From NCBI GenBank assembly GCA_963718605.1, contig OY970363.1:1795239-1859238 (forward strand): a DNA stretch of 64,000 bases, read 5' to 3'. The first letter of the stretch is position 1, and each line of letters begins with the position of its first letter. Source of the stretch: an uncultured Actinomycetes bacterium. GTDB taxonomy: Bacteria > Actinomycetota > Acidimicrobiia > Acidimicrobiales > JACCXE01. Position numbers and translations under genes: made by a program. This document shows positions 58,765 to 64,000 of the stretch, one piece after another. Under the pieces are notes generated by a model. It was given only the letters and a program-made list of their open reading frames with translations. It had not been told where the DNA came from and ran no database searches.

Positions 58765-59634
58765 ATGAGCGACCCCGCACCTCTGGTACCGCGCGACGCG
58801 GCGACGGTGATGCTGGTACGCGACGGGGCCACGGGTCTCGAGGTGTGCATGCTGCGCCGCAACTTGAACTCGGACTTCGTTGGCGGCGCCTACGTCTTTC
58901 CGGGCGGTGCCGTCGATCTGCATGACAGTGGCGCCGCGGTCGAGGCGATCTGCGCGGGACGGACTGACGCCGACGCGTCCAAGCAACTCGGCATCGAGCG
59001 TGGCGGGCTCGCGTTTTGGGTCGCGGCGGTGCGCGAGTGCTTTGAGGAAGCTGGAGTGTTGCTGGCGATCGACGAGAACGACCACGTCGTGTCGCTTGCC
59101 GAGGAAGTCACGGCCGACCGCTTCGTGGATTGGCGTCACAAGGTCGACCACGCCGAGGCGAGCCTGGTCGAACTCTGCGCGGCCGAAGGCCTGCGGATCA
59201 TGGCGGGCGACATCTACTACTTCGCCCACTGGATCACTCCCGTCGGGCCCACCCGCCGCTACGACACGCGCTTCTTCGTTGCGGCCGCGCCGCCCGAGCA
59301 ACACCCCGTTCACGACGACCGCGAGACCATCGCCACGGTGTGGATCAACCCAGCGGAGGCGCTGCGCAAACAAAAGGCGCACGAGATGGAGCTGATTTTC
59401 CCGACGATCAGGAACCTCGAGGCGATCAGCCGATTCGACACGGCGAGCGAACTGCTGGCCGCGGCCGCCGCGATCGACGAAGTCGTCACCGTGCTGCCCA
59501 AGGTCGTCAGCGGCGACACCGGCTTGCGCATTCTGTTGCCGGGTGACGCGGGCTACGACGACGTGATCGACGGGAAGCTGCCCGATGGTCACCACGGCGG
59601 CACGATGGTCGACGACCGCGAAATCGCGCATTGA
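58765..59634 (+). CDS. NUDIX hydrolase
   Basis: ATG 58765. The Nudix box is degenerate at its start but ends in RECFEEAGVLLA. The stop overlaps the next start. Confidence 0.82.
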   Translation: MSDPAPLVPRDAATVMLVRDGATGLEVCMLRRNLNSDFVGGAYVFPGGAVDLHDSGAAVEAICAGRTDADASKQLGIERGGLAFWVAAVRECFEEAGVLLAIDENDHVVSLAEEVTADRFVDWRHKVDHAEASLVELCAAEGLRIMAGDIYYFAHWITPVGPTRRYDTRFFVAAAPPEQHPVHDDRETIATVWINPAEALRKQKAHEMELIFPTIRNLEAISRFDTASELLAAAAAIDEVVTVLPKVVSGDTGLRILLPGDAGYDDVIDGKLPDGHHGGTMVDDREIAH

Positions 59635-61379
59635 TGGCGGCGACACCGACGCCTGACGCGCCGGTAGTCGCCGGCAAGGTCGTTCAGCTCACGCCGCTGG
59701 TGCGGCGCCTCACGTGTCCGAACCCCGGGGTGTTCACCGGCCCGGGTACCAACACGTACTTGATCGGTAACCCGGTGTCCGGCCGCGTCGTCGTACTCGA
59801 CCCTGGCCCCGACGACGCGAAGCACATCGCGCGCGTTGCGCGTGCTGGTCCGTCGAAAGCAATCACGACGATCGTCGTCACGCACACCCACCCCGACCAT
59901 GCCCCCGGCGTCGCGCCGCTCAAGCAGCGCACCGGCGCGACCGTCGTCGGTTACGACTCGCGGGACGCGTTGACGACGGATGTCGATGCGCGCGACGGCT
60001 ACGTCGTGCCGCACGACGACTTCACGCTGCGCGCCATCCACACGCCAGGTCACGCCAGCAATCACTTGTGTTGGTACCTGGAAGACGAAGGCGTGCTGTT
60101 TTCCGGCGACCACGTCATGGCCGGGTCCACCGTGGTGATCTCACCGCCCGATGGCGACATGCGGCAGTACCTCGACTCGCTCGAGCGCGTCCGCGACATG
60201 CACGTTGGCGCCATCGCTCCGGCACACGGCCCGTTGTTGCCCGACCCCGACGCGATCGTCGGTTGGTACATCGACCATCGAGTCGAGCGCGAACGGATTG
60301 TCGGCGTGTCGTTGGCAAAACGCGGCTCGGCTACCGCGAGGCAGCTGGTCGAAGACGTTTATACGGACGTACCGAAGGACCGTTACCCGATCGCCGAGTT
60401 CTCGCTCTGGGCTCACCTCCGCAAGATGCGGGGCGAGGGTTTGGCGAAGACCCGTCAGCCCGACGACATCACGGCGACGTGGGCCGCGACCCGCCAGCTG
60501 CGACGCGCGGCAAAAGCGACAAATCAGTTAGGGCCGATCGGACGGTCCCGAATAGCCTCGCCGGCTATGGGGCCAATTCTCGACGCCGCGGGCGTCACCA
60601 AGATTTACCGCACCGGTGCCGACGAAGTGCTCGCCCTCAACGGCGTGAACCTCACGATCGACCCCGGTGAGTTCGTCGCCGTGATGGGCCCATCGGGTTC
60701 GGGCAAGACCACCTTGCTGAACTGCCTGTCTGGGCTCGACGACATCGACGAAGGCTCAGTCATGATCGACGGCGCCGACATCCACAAGATGAAAGACGGC
60801 GACCGCACCGAACACCGCGCCGGTCGCATGGGGTTCATCTTTCAGAGCTTCAACCTGATTCCCGTGTTGTCCGCGGTCGAGAACGTCGAACTGCCGCTGT
60901 TGCTCACCGGCGTGAAGTCGTCTGAGGCCCGTGACCGCTCGATGTCGATGCTCGAGCGCGTCGGGCTGGCGCACCGTCCCAAGCACAAGCCGAACGAACT
61001 GTCAGGCGGCGAACAGCAACGAGTCGCGGTCGCGCGTGCGCTCGTGGCCGAGCCGGCGATCGTGTGGGCCGACGAGCCCACGGGCAACCTCGACTCAACG
61101 ATGGCGATCGCGGTGCTGGACCTACTGCAAGAGGTGAACGCGGCCGGCCAGACCATCTTGGTCGTGACCCATGACGACGGCATCGCCGCGCAGGCCCGAC
61201 GTCTCGTGCGCATGGCCGACGGCCACATCGTCGCCGACGGTTTGACCGCGGCGTTGTTGCACACCGACGTGTCGGCGCCCGGCACGCGCACGAAGAAGAC
61301 GGCGGCCAAGAAAGCGGTCGCCACGAAGGCGCCGGCCAAGAAGGCGGCGGCGCGCAAAGCAGTCGCCAAGGCGCGCTAG
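59631..61379 (+). CDS. MBL-fold metallo-hydrolase fused in frame to a MacB/LolD-type ABC ATPase with a Lys/Ala-rich C-terminal tail
   Basis: The N-terminal roughly 285 aa carry THTHPDH (HxHxDH). From about aa 313 the ATPase begins: ILDAAGVTKIYR, GPSGSGKTT, LSGGEQQRVAVARAL, VWADEPTGNLD. The last 35 aa are KKTAAKKAVATKAPAKKAAARKAVAKAR. No stop codon separates the modules. Confidence 0.8.
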   Translation: MMAATPTPDAPVVAGKVVQLTPLVRRLTCPNPGVFTGPGTNTYLIGNPVSGRVVVLDPGPDDAKHIARVARAGPSKAITTIVVTHTHPDHAPGVAPLKQRTGATVVGYDSRDALTTDVDARDGYVVPHDDFTLRAIHTPGHASNHLCWYLEDEGVLFSGDHVMAGSTVVISPPDGDMRQYLDSLERVRDMHVGAIAPAHGPLLPDPDAIVGWYIDHRVERERIVGVSLAKRGSATARQLVEDVYTDVPKDRYPIAEFSLWAHLRKMRGEGLAKTRQPDDITATWAATRQLRRAAKATNQLGPIGRSRIASPAMGPILDAAGVTKIYRTGADEVLALNGVNLTIDPGEFVAVMGPSGSGKTTLLNCLSGLDDIDEGSVMIDGADIHKMKDGDRTEHRAGRMGFIFQSFNLIPVLSAVENVELPLLLTGVKSSEARDRSMSMLERVGLAHRPKHKPNELSGGEQQRVAVARALVAEPAIVWADEPTGNLDSTMAIAVLDLLQEVNAAGQTILVVTHDDGIAAQARRLVRMADGHIVADGLTAALLHTDVSAPGTRTKKTAAKKAVATKAPAKKAAARKAVAKAR

Positions 61380-61480
61380 ATGGGCATCGTCTTCCTGCCG
61401 CTGCTCTTGCTGCTGCTGGCACCGATCATTTTCTTCTCATCAGCCTCTTCGACGCGAGCTTCCGGCCGACGATCCGGCGT

Positions 61481-64000
61481 TTGGCGCTGCGCAACCTGAC
61501 GCGACGCCGCGGCGAGGCAGCGCTGGTCACGCTCGGCGCCATGCTCGGCACCGCGATCATCACGGCGGCGCTCATCGTCGGCAACACATTGGGCGCGTCG
61601 TTCAAGGACATCGCGCGGACCGAACTCGGCCCGACCGACGAGATCGTGCGCGCCATCGGGCTGAACAACTTCGACGGCGTCTACGGCAGCCTCAGCGGCA
61701 AGCCGATTGCGAACGTCGACGGGCTGCTCAAGATGACCCGCGCCGGGGCGTCCGTGTCGACGACCGGTAAGAACTCGCTGGCCGAGCCCTTCGTCGGCTT
61801 GAGCGAAGTGAACTTCGACGAGGCGCGCGCGTTTGGTGGCGACGTCGGCGCCACCGGCATGGCGAAGGCCGGGCCGACCCCTTCAGGCGACGAAGCCGTC
61901 CTCAACCAGACCTTGGCGTCAAAGCTCAAGGTCCACACCGGCGACACGATCGTGCTTTACGCGTACGCGACCAAGATCGACTTGAAGGTGCGCTCGGTGC
62001 TGCCCACCAAGGGGATTGCCGGGTTCAACGGGCGCGGCCTTTTCACAGCGCCGGGCACGATCGCGAAGCTGGCCGCTACGGGCGGAGCTCAGCTTGCCGG
62101 CGCCGTCAGCGGCGAGGCCCCCTCGTCGCTGGTGCTCGTGTCGAACACCGGCGGCGTGTTTGACGGAGCCACGCACACCGACGAGGTGCGCAAAGCCCTC
62201 GACGCGCGCCTCGACGCGCTGCCCGGCGTGGAGGTCCAGAACGCGAAGCAGGACCGGCTCGACCAATCCGAAGACATCGCCGCGCAGTTCACGCAGCTCT
62301 TCGGCGGCATCGGGGCGTTCAGCGTGATCGCAGGAATCGGTTTGCTGATCACAATCTTCGTGATGCTCGCTGACGAGCGGAAGAGCGAACTCGGGATGCT
62401 GCGCGCGATCGGGCTGAAGCGCAATCAACTCGTGCGCGCCTTCGGTATGGAAGGCGCCGTCTACGCGTTGATCTCCTCGGTTGTCGGCGTGATCGTCGGC
62501 ATCGGCGTTGGCCGCCTGGTGGCCACGTTGGCGACGAGCATCTTCGGCAGCGACGGCGGTTTCGGCAGCGACTTCAGCCTTCGGTTCTCGCTCGAGCCCA
62601 AGAGCCTCATCATCGGTTTCCTCGTCGGCACCTACATCTCGCTCGCCACCGTTTGGGGCACCAGCATTCGTCTCGGCCGCCTCAATGTGATCCGCGCCAT
62701 CCGCGACCTCGCGGACGCGCCGTCGACCGGCCGCGTGCGAATGCGGACCTACATCCTGTCGGTGGCCGGAGTTGTGTTCGGTCTGCTCTTGCTGCAGATC
62801 GGCGCGGCCACCGACGCCTGGTTCCCAGCCCTCGGCGGCGTCCCCATTGCTGCGTGGTCATCGATTCCCCTGCTTCGCGCGTTTCTGCCGCGCCGCGTCG
62901 CGGTCTTCCTCGGCTGTGGCACGGCGCTGCTCTGGGCGATCTTCGTGTTCTCGATCTTTCCCGACGCCTTGTCCAGCACCGAGTTCGGCGCGTTCGTCGA
63001 ACAGGGCGTGATCCTCGTGGGCAGCGCGACCGCGATCGTCGCGACGAACGACGACGCCGCCAGCTGGTTCGTCTCCCGCCTGGGCGTCTCGCGACGCACG
63101 TTGGCCGCGCGGCTCGGGTTCGCATATCCGCTCGCCCGCGTGTTCCGCACCTCGATGCTGCTGTTCATCTTCGCGATCGTCGTGTTCACGCTGACGTTCC
63201 TCTCCGTCTTCAGCAACCTGTTCAGTGCGCAGGCCCCGCGCTACGCCCGCGAATCCGCCGCCGGTTACGACGTGCTCGTCGACAGCAACTACTCGAACCC
63301 CGTTCCCTCGAGCGCGCTGCGGACGAATCGCGACGTCGCTGATGACGCGACTATCGAGGTGTCGTTCCCCGAGTGGACTACGGAGGACGTCACGGAGCGC
63401 ACGCGTTGGTCGGTGTCGGGCTTCGACGAAAAGCTGCTTGCCCACGGCGTCCCCAAGCTGAACGAGCGACTCGACCGCTTCGCCAGCGATCGCGCCGCCT
63501 GGGAGACGGTGATGAACGATCCGACGCTCGTGCTGTTGTCCAACTTCTTCTTGCAGCGCGGCGGGCCGCCCGCGAGCGGGCTGAAAGTGGGCGACAAGAT
63601 CCGCGCCTACGACACGTTCTCCGGCAAAACGGCCACGCTCACCGTCGCCGGCAAGATGGACAGCGACTTCCTCTTCAGCGGACCGTTCGTGGGCAAGTCG
63701 TTCCTGCGGTCGTTCTCGGTCGACGTCACGCCGAGCCGTCACTACGTGGCGGTGAAACCCGGCGCCGACCCCGAGATCGTGGCGGAACGGCTCACCGCCG
63801 ATCTCATCACGTACGGCGTTGATGCCGACACCTTCGAGAATCACATCGCGGCCGAGCTCAGCCAACAGAAGGGCTTCCTCAGCCTGATGCAGGGCTACCT
63901 CGGCCTCGGGCTGATCATCGGCATCGCGGGGCTCGGCGTGGTGATGGTGCGCGCCGTGCGCGAACGCCGCCGCCAGATCGGGATGCTGCGGGCGATGGGT
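61481..64000 (+). CDS. FtsX/MacB-type ABC transporter permease (large, two FtsX domains), 3'-truncated by the window end
   Basis: This is an open frame, absent from the ORF track because it runs off the window. It reads ...FRPTIRRLALRNLTRRRGEAALVTLGAMLGTAIITAAL... and continues to ...ERKSELGMLRAIGLKRNQL... and ...RERRRQIGMLRAMG. The start is uncertain (TTG 61481, or ATG 61380 plus a frame change; see finding). Confidence 0.75.
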   Translation, partial: MALRNLTRRRGEAALVTLGAMLGTAIITAALIVGNTLGASFKDIARTELGPTDEIVRAIGLNNFDGVYGSLSGKPIANVDGLLKMTRAGASVSTTGKNSLAEPFVGLSEVNFDEARAFGGDVGATGMAKAGPTPSGDEAVLNQTLASKLKVHTGDTIVLYAYATKIDLKVRSVLPTKGIAGFNGRGLFTAPGTIAKLAATGGAQLAGAVSGEAPSSLVLVSNTGGVFDGATHTDEVRKALDARLDALPGVEVQNAKQDRLDQSEDIAAQFTQLFGGIGAFSVIAGIGLLITIFVMLADERKSELGMLRAIGLKRNQLVRAFGMEGAVYALISSVVGVIVGIGVGRLVATLATSIFGSDGGFGSDFSLRFSLEPKSLIIGFLVGTYISLATVWGTSIRLGRLNVIRAIRDLADAPSTGRVRMRTYILSVAGVVFGLLLLQIGAATDAWFPALGGVPIAAWSSIPLLRAFLPRRVAVFLGCGTALLWAIFVFSIFPDALSSTEFGAFVEQGVILVGSATAIVATNDDAASWFVSRLGVSRRTLAARLGFAYPLARVFRTSMLLFIFAIVVFTLTFLSVFSNLFSAQAPRYARESAAGYDVLVDSNYSNPVPSSALRTNRDVADDATIEVSFPEWTTEDVTERTRWSVSGFDEKLLAHGVPKLNERLDRFASDRAAWETVMNDPTLVLLSNFFLQRGGPPASGLKVGDKIRAYDTFSGKTATLTVAGKMDSDFLFSGPFVGKSFLRSFSVDVTPSRHYVAVKPGADPEIVAERLTADLITYGVDADTFENHIAAELSQQKGFLSLMQGYLGLGLIIGIAGLGVVMVRAVRERRRQIGMLRAMG

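Overview
This is a visibly GC-rich, densely coding chromosomal segment of actinobacterial character. The evidence for that is a WhiB regulator, an F420-type DDN-family oxidoreductase, amt/PII/glnD genes, and an ArsA/Get3-like pair next to whiB and ponA. I did not compute a GC value. I support about 60 protein genes and one tRNA-Pro(CGG). I saw no transposase, integrase, phage genes or CRISPR array.

Gene content from left to right:
- 0.1-9.2 kb: a Rieske oxygenase, SDR, TetR regulator, a Liv-type ABC importer (with a triple-fused permease-permease-ATPase gene) and a P450.
- 9.2-12.1 kb: an orphan beta-class DNA methyltransferase with an unexplained C-terminal domain, followed by a PadR-HAAS pair.
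- 12.1-16.3 kb: a run of overlapping genes (DUF1028, lipoprotein, PhyH dioxygenase, alpha/beta hydrolase, 5'-3' exonuclease).
- 16.3-20.1 kb: aat followed on the same strand by an 813-aa internally duplicated membrane protein and a 228-aa membrane protein.
- 20.2-28.6 kb: acyl-CoA metabolism (pccB-like, a small epsilon-like ORF, a MeaA-like B12 mutase, hbd) plus two Ala-rich secreted proteins.
- 28.7-33.6 kb: a methyltransferase, an S51-like protein, two cyclophilins, ask and asd.
- 34.8-46.1 kb: an unusual nitrogen locus. It has two amt genes, two PII genes, glnD and two CPA2 antiporters. One antiporter is fused to a GlnD-like tail (degenerate HD plus two ACT domains). Two near-identical GlnR-type boxes are also present. 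I consider this the most interesting candidate for an undescribed system.
- 46.2-51.3 kb: cell-envelope genes (an L,D-transpeptidase with a repeat propeller, a GH32-like protein, an M23 peptidase).
- 51.3-64.0 kb: tRNA-Pro, a receiver protein, the ArsA pair, NfeD, whiB, ponA, a trypsin-fold pseudo-protease, a NUDIX hydrolase, an MBL-hydrolase::ABC-ATPase fusion and a large FtsX permease that runs off the window.

Two reading frames, and possibly a third, are interrupted at short homopolymer runs: asd, an acyltransferase-3 gene, and possibly the FtsX permease start. These could be sequencing indels or real pseudogenisation.

All family calls rest on motifs read by eye from the supplied translations. 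No database search was run.
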